DNA of 64,000 bases from Eledone cirrhosa. Lineage: Eukaryota. Within the stretch, counting starts at the first letter, position 1; each line of letters opens with the position of its first letter. A program made the translations under genes and the position numbers. The notes beneath the pieces are model-generated. The model saw nothing but the letters and a program-made list of their open reading frames with translations. It made no database searches and was not told where the DNA came from. Location of the stretch: NCBI GenBank assembly GCA_964016885.1, contig OZ024743.1:187116001-187180000 (forward strand). Direction: 5' to 3'. Of the stretch, positions 1-10,914 are shown in pieces.

Positions 1-1697
1 CTTGTGATAGGTATGAGAGAACAATGGAAATCCTATTCTGGGGTTCAATCCTGGTGAGGAACTACACACAGGTGTCTTACTGAACTTTTCAAAATGGCAG
101 TGCCGCAGTATGGACTCAGCCTGTTAGCTGGAACACATTAAAGAGTAAAAGGTTGTGTGTGTGTGTGCACACGCGCTTGTCTCTTATCTTTTCTTTGTGT
201 ATTCAACATATGTTCCATGTAAAAAAAAGACCTTGCTGCCAAGTGTTTCAATGTGCAAAGATCCATACTTTACTTAAAAGAAACAATCAAGGGTTAGAAT
301 CAGGAAAGGCATCTGGCTGTAGAATTCTGCCTCAAATAATCTCCTCTAAACTCATACCACCATGGGGAAAATGGATATAAAACTAATGATGAGGTTGTTG
401 ATGATATTTATTTGTGACTTTCTCATTATCTTTATGCATGGACTGTTGTTTTCTTTAATGTATTAATTTCTTGTTGTCAGAGTCCTTCATGTATTTTTAT
501 ATGTGTAGTACTTCAGTCAGCTTTCCTTACTCATTCCGTTTGTTATGCATCCTTCTATCAATCATTGTTTGTTCTCAATATAGACCTCATTCCACTTGAT
601 TTAAAAAAAAAAAAAATGTTTCCATTCTTTATTTGTTTGCTGACAAGCAACTTCAGAAAAATATAGCAAAAATAATCTTATATGCATGTCTGATGTGATA
701 GCATCTGGAATATCCCCAAAAATGTGAAATATTTCTCTTTTCCCCCTAATTCCTTTGGATTTTGAAGTATTTTCGTACAAAATATTAATGTTTTGTTTTT
801 CTATACTTTTAATCTAGTTGAATCTCTTTCATAATTATTTTAATAACATTTGTTTATTTTTATATTAAAAGGTTTGCTGCGTTTTTAATAATTTTCTTCA
901 TTTTGTTGGATTTCTGCTCCTTTTGGCATTTCTGTAAAACTTCATTTTGCTTTTATCTTTTGTTAGTCTCTTTGCTTCAATATTGTGTATGCTTGAATCA
1001 ATCATTTCCCATTCTTAAACACTGAAGATTCATTCTATTTGATACAGTGCAAATCTTTTTCCAATCTAATTTCTTTGTAGTTTAGCAACTGCAGGAAAAT
1101 ACAGCAAAATTGTTTTTTCACCTTTTGCAGATCTAACAAAATATGGAGTACCCCACAAAATGTCAGTTATTTTGCTTTGCTTTAATTCTCTTTGAATTTG
1201 GAGTATTTTTATGAAAAGTGAAAATTTTCTAAATTTTTCTTCAACTTAAAACATTTTTAGAAATATTTTAATATTTTTCTTGTGTTGTAATTTTGAATAA
1301 TTTTTCTCGCTTTTACCAGATTTTACTTTAATATTGTCTTTGTGCTGCTTGACATTTTGGCTTAACTGCCTGTTCCTTGTCTTTACTTGCAACTGTGTTG
1401 TTGGATATATCTTTTCATTACTAGTTTTTTTTGAAAGGTGGGATAGATTGCTAGACATTTAAGTTTTATATCAAATATTGAAATAAAATATAACTGCAAA
1501 CAATGCTAAATGGATCATTACATACTCAAAGATGTTTATACAATGTTACAAGATTGATAATTAGGATTTGATGATAAAAGTACCAATACAGCATTGTTAT
1601 TAAACATATTGTAATGATTTCTGTATATGTATTTATTCATAAACATAATGTGTTGGTGCATTTGTTCTTATGTATATAGAGAAGGAATCCTTGTTAT

Positions 1698-2030
1698 CCC
1701 TTTAGCATTTAAACCGGCTGTATCCAGCCAGAATTATCTCACCGCTTTCTGTTCAAACAGAAAGCTGTGAGATAATTCAATTCTTAGGGTCTTAAAGCAG
1801 CATTCATTATTTTGGAAGTAACATTAGCAAGTTAAACAACTGAAATCTGACTAATCTACGAGATTATGAGAACAATACCTTAACATCAGTATGAGGGGTC
1901 GGCCCCTCATACTGATGTTAAGGTATTGTTCTCATAATCTCGTAGATTAGTCAGATTTCAGTTGTTTAACTTGCTAATGTTACTTCCAAAATAATGAATG
2001 CTGCTTTAAGACCCTAAGATGTTGATAATA
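1698..2030 (-). mobile_element. Rearranged copy of the piggyBac-like MITE, containing two fold-back hairpins
   Basis: 1698-1758 (CCCTTTAGCATTT...GTTCAAAC) is the reverse complement of the right end of the MITE at 12780-12999. GAGAACAATACCTTA..AGTATGAG is shared with 12896-12925. Confidence 0.7.
1782..2019. repeat. Perfect palindrome with 117-bp arms and a 4-nt loop (TCGG)
   Basis: 1782-1898 is the exact reverse complement of 1903-2019 (compared base by base). Confidence 0.97.
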
Positions 2031-2479
2031 TTGTTATGCTTCAGTTTCTGCTGACAAGTCAATGTACATAATAATATTAACAGGGGTTCTCATATAACAG
2101 AGTTGGGATTATTTAGCCATTAGTTTGTCATATACATTATCTTCAATATCTCTGTTGTTTCCAACTGATATTTCTTACTCTGTTAACATTTGATATCCAA
2201 CGCTATTCTATTCTACTCAGGTTTTCACAGTCTTCTTTTTTGGAATCTGATTCAGTTAACTTCATATGATGAAAGTTTCTTGCCTCTAATCCTTCAAAAT
2301 TGTATTCTACATTCACAATACACAAATATTCTCTAAGAATTGGCTACAGTGGTCGTCTTTTGTGCATTGTTGAAAGCTATTGAATTGAATTTTGCAGACT
2401 AGAAGTTGCAGTTCTTGATGTTAGTGAGAGTTCTTTATTCTTGTTTATCTTCTTTAAGATTGTCTTCCATCACCAGGAG

Positions 2480-2830
2480 AAATTTGTCCATATATCTTTG
2501 TTAGTGTAAACACCTGCAGTATACACTTATACCTTGATCCATTCACTCGATTGTGCAGGCAATGTATGGTGATAAGAACATGCACCTTATTTTACCAACA
2601 TTATCGATAGGTTGGTGACCATTTGGTTAAGCAGGTGTATTGTCCAAAATTAATAGTCTCTTCACCTCATCAGCAGAATGTCTGAGGAAATTTTCCTGGT
2701 ATTTATGTTCTACAAGAATGATATATGCAAAAATCTAGACATTAAAGATATGCTTGTTGAACGATGATTTCATGGAATGGTTATGATGCACTGGCTATTT
2801 GTACATTATTTCTTCAAAAGCTGCAGACAT
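2480..2830 (-). pseudogene. Degenerate pogo/Tigger (Tc1-mariner, CENP-B-like) DDE transposase remnant
   Basis: Manual minus-strand translation gives PVHHNHSMKSSFNKHIF, RLLILDNTPA*P and FLSPYIACTIE*MDQGI. These match, in order, the pogo motifs LPVxYxxxxKAWM, LLILDNAPAHP and FLPPNTTSLIQPMDQGII. Confidence 0.7.
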
Positions 2831-3629
2831 GCTGACCTTATCACTATCTTTAACATTCAAACATGTATACTGTCAGTATTTGCACAACATGATACTGGAA
2901 AATATTCTTTAATTCATTACTAGGAGAGAGGGTTCCATTCTTTAAAATTCAGGTATTCAATATGTGTGACTATATACATATATTTATGTGTATATTTGTA
3001 TGTACCCTTACATTTTACATATGTGGGTGAGCAAACATAAGAGTGAACAGGTGTGTGTATGTGCAGTTGAATGTTGTGTGTGCATAGGTGTTATACAAGC
3101 AAGTATGTGTGTGTGTGTACATGAGTACATCTATGTGCCTGTGTACATATGTAGATATTTAGCAAGTCAAGAGAAACTAGTCCTGCAAACAGTGCTAGAA
3201 GATTTTGGGAAATGAGGCTCTGTGATAATTAAGTTATGAGGCCTCTTACTTGGGCCAAGAAGAAGGTAAACAATTTTTGGGGCAGGAAGATTGACTCCTC
3301 TGGCCAACAGGGCCCTGTGCATAAGAATACCTAAGCACAATGTTAAATCTCGCACTGCCTGCAAAACATCATCATTTCAATTTTTTAGAAATCTCCTTGG
3401 AGGCCTCATTTTAACTTTTTTCATTGCATTATTCCAGTTTCAACATAAGATGGAAAAAGCCTGGATCAGTAACTTTAAAAGGGGTAGGCAAAAATTTCAT
3501 AACGCACACCCAGTGTTATCTATGGATACACAAAAAAATGTAGAGGAGGGAGTGCCTAGGTTAACAGAGAAGGTAGACTTTGTTGCGAGTGTACAGGAGA
3601 AATAAACACTAAGATCACTCATGAAAGAA

Positions 3630-3930
3630 AGTCTCTCATTTGCCTAGGTGAGTCCTAGAAGTTGTTGACAACTTCTTTTACCTTAGTGACCTAATCAGTG
3701 ATGGAGGCAGTTGCTCTGCAATGGCGCTAACATGAAATGCATATGGAAGATGACAGATGGATAAAAACATACAGAAAAATGTTTGTCAGTGGGATTTATG
3801 AAAGAGGTAAACCTACGAAGCTTTATCTCACAACAGAGATGTCAAAAGACCATGAAGATTGGTGAAATACAGTACTGGAGAAGCTTCTCCTACCAGAATA
3901 AAAAATATAACCAGACTCATCCATGCCTTC
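3630..3930 (+). mobile_element. Degraded RTE LINE fragment
   Basis: Reads approximately VLEVVDNF..L.DLISDGGSCS across a frameshift, similar to IEIVDSFRYLGDKISSGGGCS in the RTE at 60193-61335. Confidence 0.5.
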
Positions 3931-4686
3931 CACCACTCCTAAATAACTATTCTCCCCATCACTCTACAACCAGCCCCCCGCACACTCTACCAAGGATCAC
4001 TCCCACCTCTCTCAAATACTAACAACAGTCTTAGCTGTTCCCATCAGCACAGTACTCCCTCCCCAATCGAAGATCTCCTCCTCCCCTCTTATCAAGCCAT
4101 GAAAACCCACCTCATTGTCATGCACTTTCACACCCATGTTACTTCTTTAAACACCTCAACACCTGTCATGCACCCATGACATTATACTTCTTGTTCCCCC
4201 ACATAGGGTTACATAACCATGATATCATCCTTCCATCTTTCTCACCTCATCTATTCCATAGAATTGAATGGACCCTTCAGTCACAACATGACACCTCTAG
4301 TGCTGGTGCCACAAAACTGCACCCAGTTCACCTTGTCAGTTGGCTGGAGCTGGAAGGGCATCTAATTGTAGAACCCAGGCAAAGGGTCTGTCAATTTCTC
4401 ATGATAGGAAGGACATCAACTATAAAAAACGTGCAAAACATAGGTCTGAGAAACATATGGAAAAGAGATGTGGCCCCACAATTGTTTGATCCTGACATGG
4501 TCTATAACGACTGGTCCAACCTTTACTAGCAATGAAAATAGATATTAAATGGTATGATGTTGATATATATGTATATAGCAATAATAATTATGAAGACCAA
4601 AATCCGAAGTGGGGTCGATAATTAATGTGTATATATATATATATATATATAAAAAGTATATATAAACCCGTAGAGCAAATATTTAC

Positions 4687-5568
4687 TTGAATCCGTGGGT
4701 TCTTATTCAATTATATCTAAAGTTTCTTTGTCACATGTTTCTTTGTAAAAAAAACCTTCAAAGTGCCTCGAATAATATTTAAAACCCAAAATAATAATAA
4801 TACAGTATGTCATTGTTATGAAGCAGACGGAGAGGGCGACCCAAAATGAACTGGCGCCAGACAGTTGAGAGGGACCTGTGAGCGACAAGCAGACAATGGC
4901 GGGACGCTGTGCAACTGGCTGCTGACCGAACGCGGTGGAACACTATGATTGCCTCATGCGTCGCAAGACGCGGGAGCTTCTGAGTCTGATTGTTATGAAG
5001 GGAGGTAATTCAACATGACAATTTTAAATATACACATACAAGTACACCAGGTCCGAACACCCACTCTCATCGCCTCCATCTCTCACTATCATGAGTAAAT
5101 GGGGTCCCATGCACTCGACGCCCCATGGCCCCGGCGGACAGAATAGAGTAGGCGTTTTCTCGGAGGATGGTAAGGGAGATGCGCTGGAAGAACCATTCCA
5201 TCTCACGAGGCTCACACCTGCGACTCACTAGCTCAGTCCCTACGGTTGTAAGTAGGAAGGTAGCCCTAGGGGCAAGGACACCAGAAGTCTCTACTAATTG
5301 GGGTTCGACTGCAAAGCTGTTGGAGTGTGACTGATACTTGGAGAGTTTACCCTCCTCAGCCCGAAGTGCAACAGATCCTGGGTTAGTCACAGACTGCACC
5401 AGGTTGCCACTGGAGAATGTGTCGCTGCATGTGGTATCCCAGATGAGGGGTTTACCATCATGGAATGGGAAGATAGTCATGCGGTCTGGTCTTTTGCAGT
5501 CCCCTCGGTCCAGCCCCACCGGCTGGAGCTGGGAGGGGAAGCCTGCAGCATCCAAGCCATGCTTTTAG
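4687..5568 (-). mobile_element. 5'-truncated CRE-like non-LTR retrotransposon (C-terminal restriction-like endonuclease)
   Basis: ORF 5067-5555 has DRGDCKRPD..LIWDTTCSDT..AEEGKLSKY..VETSGVL..QRISLTILRENA, the PD-(D/E)xK RLE pattern of CRE-clade elements. Confidence 0.8.
4824..4988 (+). mobile_element. 165-bp 5'-truncated RTE LINE 3' end with a 12-bp TSD
   Basis: Translates to RRRGRPKMNWRQTVERDL*..W..AADRTRW (RTE C-terminus). Flanked by ATTGTTATGAAG at 4812-4823 and 4989-5000. Confidence 0.88.
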
Positions 5569-6214
5569 GACAGATTAAAGTTTAAGCAAAGAATTTCTGC
5601 CTTCACTCTTCTACGGGATCTTTGGAAACAGAAAAATCAATTTGTAGACGCAGAAGTAAATATTAAAAAAAAAACGTTACAATCAAAAGAAAAGAGGAAG
5701 GCATAGCATTGGTTCGTGAAGACATTCTCTGGCGATGGATGAAAACTATGCAAGGATAATTACGTCATTATGTGGAGCGAGAAGAACAGTTTCTTGCAAT
5801 GAAAAAATCATTAGACTAACTAGCAGAAAAACCATCATTCGTGTGGTTTTCTGTTAGCATGTGTAGTGTGCATACTGATATTATACGCAAATATACATGC
5901 ATGTAGATATGATACGTCAAATAAAATCATAATTGACAATATACACAGAAATTGAGGAGAGACTGTATTATATTCTCTTCTCTAAGTAAAGTAATCCCTG
6001 ATACATTTAAAAAAGACGATATTATATATAAACTGCATTACGGTGAAATGCAATGAAAACGAAAAAGGAGAAAATTAGCGACGGAAATATAAACGTTATT
6101 ATATAACGATGAAAATATATGAACGTTTATATAAGCGATGTGATATAGCGTCCGTTATATGATAGCCGGAAGTGTTGACATTTGAAAATTTTAAAAGAAG
6201 CGAATCTTAAAATA

Positions 6215-6360
6215 AGCAGCAAAGAGTTACGGCCATTTATGGTCTCAATTCAAATCCTGCCGAGGTTAACTTTGCCTTTCATCCTTACGGGGTCGATAAA
6301 ATAAAGTACCAGTAATGCACTGGGATAGTTGCTGGCCTTGTGCCAAAAGTAGAAATAATT
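6215..6360 (+). mobile_element. 5'-truncated SINE (window-wide family)
   Basis: Core TTCAAATCCTGCCGAGGTTAACTTTGCCTTTCATCCTTACGGGGTCGATAAAATAAAGTACCAG is shared with more than 12 other copies. Confidence 0.85.
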
Positions 6361-6512
6361 ATATATAAGAATATTTATGTTTAACAGCTACGAATTTAGT
6401 ACATAAATTATGTAATTCATTCATTATTTATTCAAAATAATCCAATTTATTTTATTAACCGGATAAAAAAAATATATTCACTACACAGTCTCACATTCCT
6501 CCTTTTATTATA

Positions 6513-6693
6513 TGGATTGGCAGTATCAGTAGAGGGTCTGACGCCATGATTTGCAGCAAAGAGTTACGGCCCTTTATGGTCTCAATTCAAATCCTGCTGA
6601 GGTTAACTTTGCCTTTCATCCTTACGGGGTCGATAAAATAAAATACCAGTAATGCACTGGGTATTTGTTGGCCTTGTGCCAAAAGTAGAAACA
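6513..6693 (+). mobile_element. tRNA-derived SINE with a MetaSINE-like central domain
   Basis: A-box-like TGGCAGTATCAGT and B-box-like TTCAAATCC, plus the GCCTTTCATCCTT..GGGGTCGATAAAAT core. Confidence 0.85.
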
Positions 6694-7028
6694 ATTATAT
6701 TATGATATTCTATTTAAAATAGCCGAATGATTTTCAGCTATCAATTTTTAAAATGGTGTAAATAAAAGTAAACTGAGGACATTAAAAGTATTGTTATAGG
6801 ATTTAGGCACGTACATAAGTATGCACTGACCAGTGTGGAAGCATGCGCAAACAAAAATATATTGTATAAAACCCTGCGCTTACATGTGCTTGCACAAATG
6901 TATTCATACAAATACATGTACTCGCACATATACGCATATAATATACATACACGCGTGCATATATGTATATATGCACGCATAAATATTCAGTACTTGTGCA
7001 CACACCTACTTACAAAACATACACACAC

Positions 7029-7069
<41 letters not shown>

Positions 7070-7077
<8 letters not shown>

Positions 7078-7414
7078 TAAACAGATTAAATAAAGATAGC
7101 GTAGATATACAATACAACAGGAGGAACATAATAGCACCACTGACGATGTTGCAGATGTGCAACGAAAGAACTTTGTTAGACTATATATATGTGTTTATGT
7201 CTATATTATATCTGAAATTTTGACCGTTGGTCAGTCAATGGTAAACATTGAGGACCGAATGAATTAACTGATATAAAAGATACAGAAGCGAAAACTAACC
7301 AAACAGTGAGTGTGTTCTGTTATTAATTCTGGCAATATTATTACAACAATATGACTCTCCCCAAGTATAACAATATTTGTTTCGACACACGATTTCATAT
7401 CAAAAACCTCGCAA

Positions 7415-7420
<6 letters not shown>
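7070..7420 (+). mobile_element. PLE 3' end with a hammerhead motif at 7137-7175
   Basis: CTGACGA-T-GTTGCA/gatg/TGCAAC-GAAA-GAAC-TT. The tail 7350-7420 is similar to 33830-33900 of the GIY-YIG PLE. Ends in (TA)n. Confidence 0.7.
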
Positions 7421-7448
<28 letters not shown>

Positions 7449-7451
<3 letters not shown>

Positions 7452-7686
7452 TTTACGTATCGAGAAAGAGAGAAAAAAAGGAGGGATAGGTGATACATAT
7501 AGTTATTTGCCAAGTAGCGTATGCCAAAGGTGCTCGATACTAGTGCCGGCAGTATTAAATATTCGAAGTGTTAATATTTAGAGGGCTAGAGAGTTAGCAG
7601 AGCGTAAGCACGTGGGAAAGTGAAAAATCGGAGAATAGACCGTTATGTTTTAACGGTCTATTCTCCAATTTTTCACTTTCCCACGT
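7449..7686. mobile_element. Fold-back insertion with 36-bp arms (7610-7645 / 7651-7686) and a one-sided extension, between (TA)n tracts
   Basis: One mismatch between the arms. (TA)n on both sides. The PLE origin is inferred from architecture only. Confidence 0.7.
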
Positions 7687-7722
7687 ATATATATATATAT
7701 ATACAAAACTGTCTATATATTG

Positions 7723-7788
7723 TATTTTGTCTGAAGAGGGCATACCATATTTTTAATATGATATCCCTGAAATATATATAATGAAATA
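7723..7788 (+). ncRNA. Type I hammerhead ribozyme motif (PLE minimal type)
   Basis: Stem I TATTTTGT/ATGAAATA (2 G-U). Core CTGAAGA. Stem II GGG..CATAT/ATATG..CCCT. GAAA, palindromic TATATA, then TA as the cleavage site. Confidence 0.65.
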
Positions 7789-7828
7789 AATATGGTTTTA
7801 TAAATGTAATTTCCATTTGTTTAATATC

Positions 7829-7867
<39 letters not shown>

Positions 7868-7917
7868 TAAAAATAATGAATAAAAACAAAGAAACAGTTC
7901 CTTATATTAAAAAATTC

Positions 7918-8048
7918 ATCATTTTACGATCGTTTCTAGGATATATGTGTGTGTTGGTATGTATATCATATAGATCTATGTAAACATTTTACAAACTATC
8001 AGAGGGAATATACATACCTACACATATATATGCTGTCTTCAGAAATAA

Positions 8049-8049
<1 letters not shown>
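7918..8049 (-). ncRNA. Type I hammerhead ribozyme motif
   Basis: Minus strand reads ATTATTT-CTGAAGA-[long stem II]-GAAA-CGATCG-TA-AAATGAT, with a 7-bp stem I and a palindromic stem III. Confidence 0.72.
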
Positions 8050-8082
<33 letters not shown>

Positions 8083-8085
<3 letters not shown>

Positions 8086-8276
8086 CGAAGGAATTGTGGT
8101 AAGGAACCAGATCGACCATAACCCACCAGAGTACTCAATACTTAGGGTAGTAGAGTGGGTAATAGGAAAAAGTATGACCCCGACGGCAGAGCTCAAGCCG
8201 TTTCGGCTATTTCTGGACAGTCCAGAAATAGCCGTCGTAACGGCTTGAACTCTGCCGTCGGGGTCATACTTTTTCC

Positions 8277-8279
<3 letters not shown>
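8083..8279. mobile_element. Miniature fold-back PLE insertion, same family as 45139-46571
   Basis: Arms 8162-8218 and 8220-8279, with a 79-nt tail (8083-8161) on the left arm only. (TA)n on both sides. Very similar to 45139-45277. Confidence 0.88.
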
Positions 8280-8307
<28 letters not shown>

Positions 8308-8760
8308 TTGTTTTCGCTCTTAACATGATGGATACCTAAATGTGTTCGTGACTGAATATTAATAGTATTATTCACTCACATATACATATATATAAGAAAA
8401 AAAAATTCTTAATGTAGCTGGAGGTTTTAAGAATATTTATTTACTTTACCGGTTTCACAGTTCTTATGATTAGCGATAGAAGGTTTGTGTTTCTGTTGAG
8501 GTGTGACTTGTATCTAACGGGAGTTCGAAAATCCTTTCCGTTTTATACAAAAGACGTGGCTCAGATTGTTATTTTTTAAAAATACTATTTTGTTGGTTGT
8601 TTCTGCAGCAGAAAACGTGGTTCAAGATTGCTATTTGTGATTTTATTTGTTGGTGGCAATCACGTGATTAGGCATAGTAATTTTTGCGCCAAAAATGGAT
8701 GGTCAGAAAAAGAAAGAAGAAGAGAAAAATTGGTGCGTTGGTTCAGTGCGTATGGTTAGT

Positions 8761-8907
8761 AATTGTTTCTACTTTTGACACAAGGCCAGCAATTATTCCA
8801 GTGTATTACAGGTACTTTATTTTATCGACCCCGTAACGATGAAAGGCAAAGTTAACCTCGGCGGGATTTGAACTCAGACCATAAAGGGCTGTAACTCTTT
8901 GCTGCAA
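8761..8907 (-). mobile_element. 5'-truncated SINE with an approximately 12-bp TSD
   Basis: Family core on the minus strand. ATGGTTA(G/A)TAAT on both flanks. Confidence 0.85.
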
Positions 8908-9035
8908 ATGGTTAATAATAAACTCACATTTTAAGAGGTTTCTTGCTTAAGTTGTTTAAAATATATGTGGTTGACACTTGAGAGAAAAAGAGTACTCAAT
9001 ATTGAATTACAGTTTTAATATTTATTCTATTAAGA

Positions 9036-9285
9036 CTAAATAGTGACTCTTGTTATTCTAGAGTTTTGCCAGAGTAATAAGACTCACTATTTAGCCTCTT
9101 TCGATTTTTTTTTCTTTACTTGGACTATCTTTATTTTCTGTATCTATTCTTTGTGAACCTGTCTCTATTTTTGTACTCGTGAAGATGGGCTAAAGCCTGA
9201 CACATCAAACTTTCTTTTGCCTTTTCTATATAGAGCATGAAACTAGTAAGACTTTGTGTACCTCTGTTTGTTGTTTCCTTGAACT
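9036..9285 (+). mobile_element. PLE-like 3' end with a degenerate hammerhead and a short 5' inverted repeat
   Basis: GTGAAGATGGGCTAAAGCCTGACAC..CCTTGAAC(TA)n, homologous to 47097-47222. Imperfect 24-bp inverted repeat at 9036-9059 / 9071-9094. Confidence 0.6.
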
Positions 9286-9302
9286 ATATATATATATATA
9301 TA

Positions 9303-9890
9303 TATATATCAACTAGAAATAGATTGACATATATATAAAATAAACATATGAAACAATCACAGGGAATAATTTGTAAAGAATGTAAGCACACATAGCTAGG
9401 TAGGTAACTAATTAAAGTTTAACTAGAACTTCAAATATAGATACATTTTAAAATGATTAATCTCCTTTGTATATATTTCTAGTTGATATGTAATGCTCGG
9501 ATCTAATCTTTGAGCTTATTCTACAGTGGATATGGTGCATGTCTCTCAGACATGACAACCCTTAATTTTAATTTTAATTTTGGATATATATATATCAACT
9601 AGAAATTGATTGACATATATATATATTTAAAATAAACACATGTAACAATCACAAGGGATAATTTGTAAAGTGTGTAAGCTCTAGTTAAACTTTAATTAGT
9701 GACCTACCTAGCTATGTGTGATTACACACTTTACAAATTATCCCCTGTGATTGTTTCATGTGTTTATTTTAAATATATATATGTCAATCAATTTCTAGTT
9801 GATATAAAATGCTCAGATCTATTCATTGGAATCTTTGAGCTTATTCTACGGTGGATATGGCACATGTCTCCCTTAATTTAATTAATTTTG
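9303..9890. mobile_element. Two adjacent fold-back insertions of one family (about 9303-9582 and 9590-9890)
   Basis: Each unit has a left arm starting TATATCAACTAGAAAT and an inverted right arm ..ATTTCTAGTTGATAT that continues into an 84-93-nt tail ending AATTTTG, followed by (TA)n. Confidence 0.8.
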
Positions 9891-9921
<31 letters not shown>

Positions 9922-9929
9922 ATATATCA

Positions 9930-10750
9930 GCATCATCATCATCATCATCATCATTTTACGTCCGCTTTTCCCTGCTTGCAAGGGTGGGACGGGTCCTATT
10001 CAGCACAGCATCTCTCCACTTGTCACAGTCCTTCGTCATCTCCACCGTGAACTTCAGCGATCTGAGGTCTGCTCTCACCACCTCCGCCCATATTTTTCAT
10101 GGTCTTCCTTCAAGTGGCATTTCCTGGCACTTCTTCACCCATCAGTCATCCTCCATGCGCATCACATGTCCATATCATCGCAGTTTCCTCTCCCACACAC
10201 TACAATCTATCCCTCTCAGACACAGTTTCTCTCTCAATACATCCATGCTCGGTCGTTCATGCACATTGACATTGCACATCCAACAGAGCATGTTTGTCTC
10301 ATTTCTCTCCAGCCGTCGTATATCCAGTTGTCGCCCATGCAGTTGTCGCCCATGTCTCACTACCATGCAGCATCGCACTCCTCACACAGGCAACATATAA
10401 CCAGCCTTTCGTACGCAGGGAGAAACCCTTCTTCATCAGCAGAGGAAGCAGCTCCCTAAACTTCTTCCAACGCATCCTTAGTCTAGATACTATGGCCTCG
10501 GAACACCGCCCTCCCATGCTAATCTGATCACCTAGGTACTGGAAGCTATCAACCACTTCTATAGAACCCACCGGCATTTGAAAAATGTGTCTATCAATGC
10601 GACTTCTACTGTCAAATCTCCCTGTACATCTACTGCATACGTATTTCTCCCTACCTTTTAGTTTGCCTGCTATCCCACTACATCTCTTGTGTACCCAAGA
10701 TGTGCATTGTGTACATTTTATAGAGTTTATGCCAGTTCCTTTTCTGCATA
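9930..10750 (-). mobile_element. 5'-truncated RTE LINE with a PHD-like finger and a (GAT)n tail
   Basis: ORFs 10299-10832 and 10175-10378 read [48 protein letters not shown], homologous to 60193-61335. (CAT)n at 9931-9954. Confidence 0.9.
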
Positions 10751-10866
10751 TCGATATATATGTATATAATATATGTATATATATATGTGTGTGTATATAT
10801 ATATATGCGTGTGTGTATATATATATACACATACATCTACATATATATATATATATATATATGTGT

Positions 10867-10914
<48 letters not shown>

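Larger units (their letters stand above)
4577..5800 (-). mobile_element. PLE-type 3' remnant split by nested insertions
   Basis: 4577-4686 and 5569-5800 match, contiguously, the reverse complement of about 21750-22065 (GAAGACC/TAAAATCC..GTAGAGCAAATATTTA | ACAGATTAAAGTTTAAGCAAAGAAT..). Confidence 0.65.

Noticed and set aside
640-1230. HMG-box-like reading of the old direct repeat
   Set aside because: The resemblance rests on a few residues across stops and frameshifts and cannot be supported without a search.
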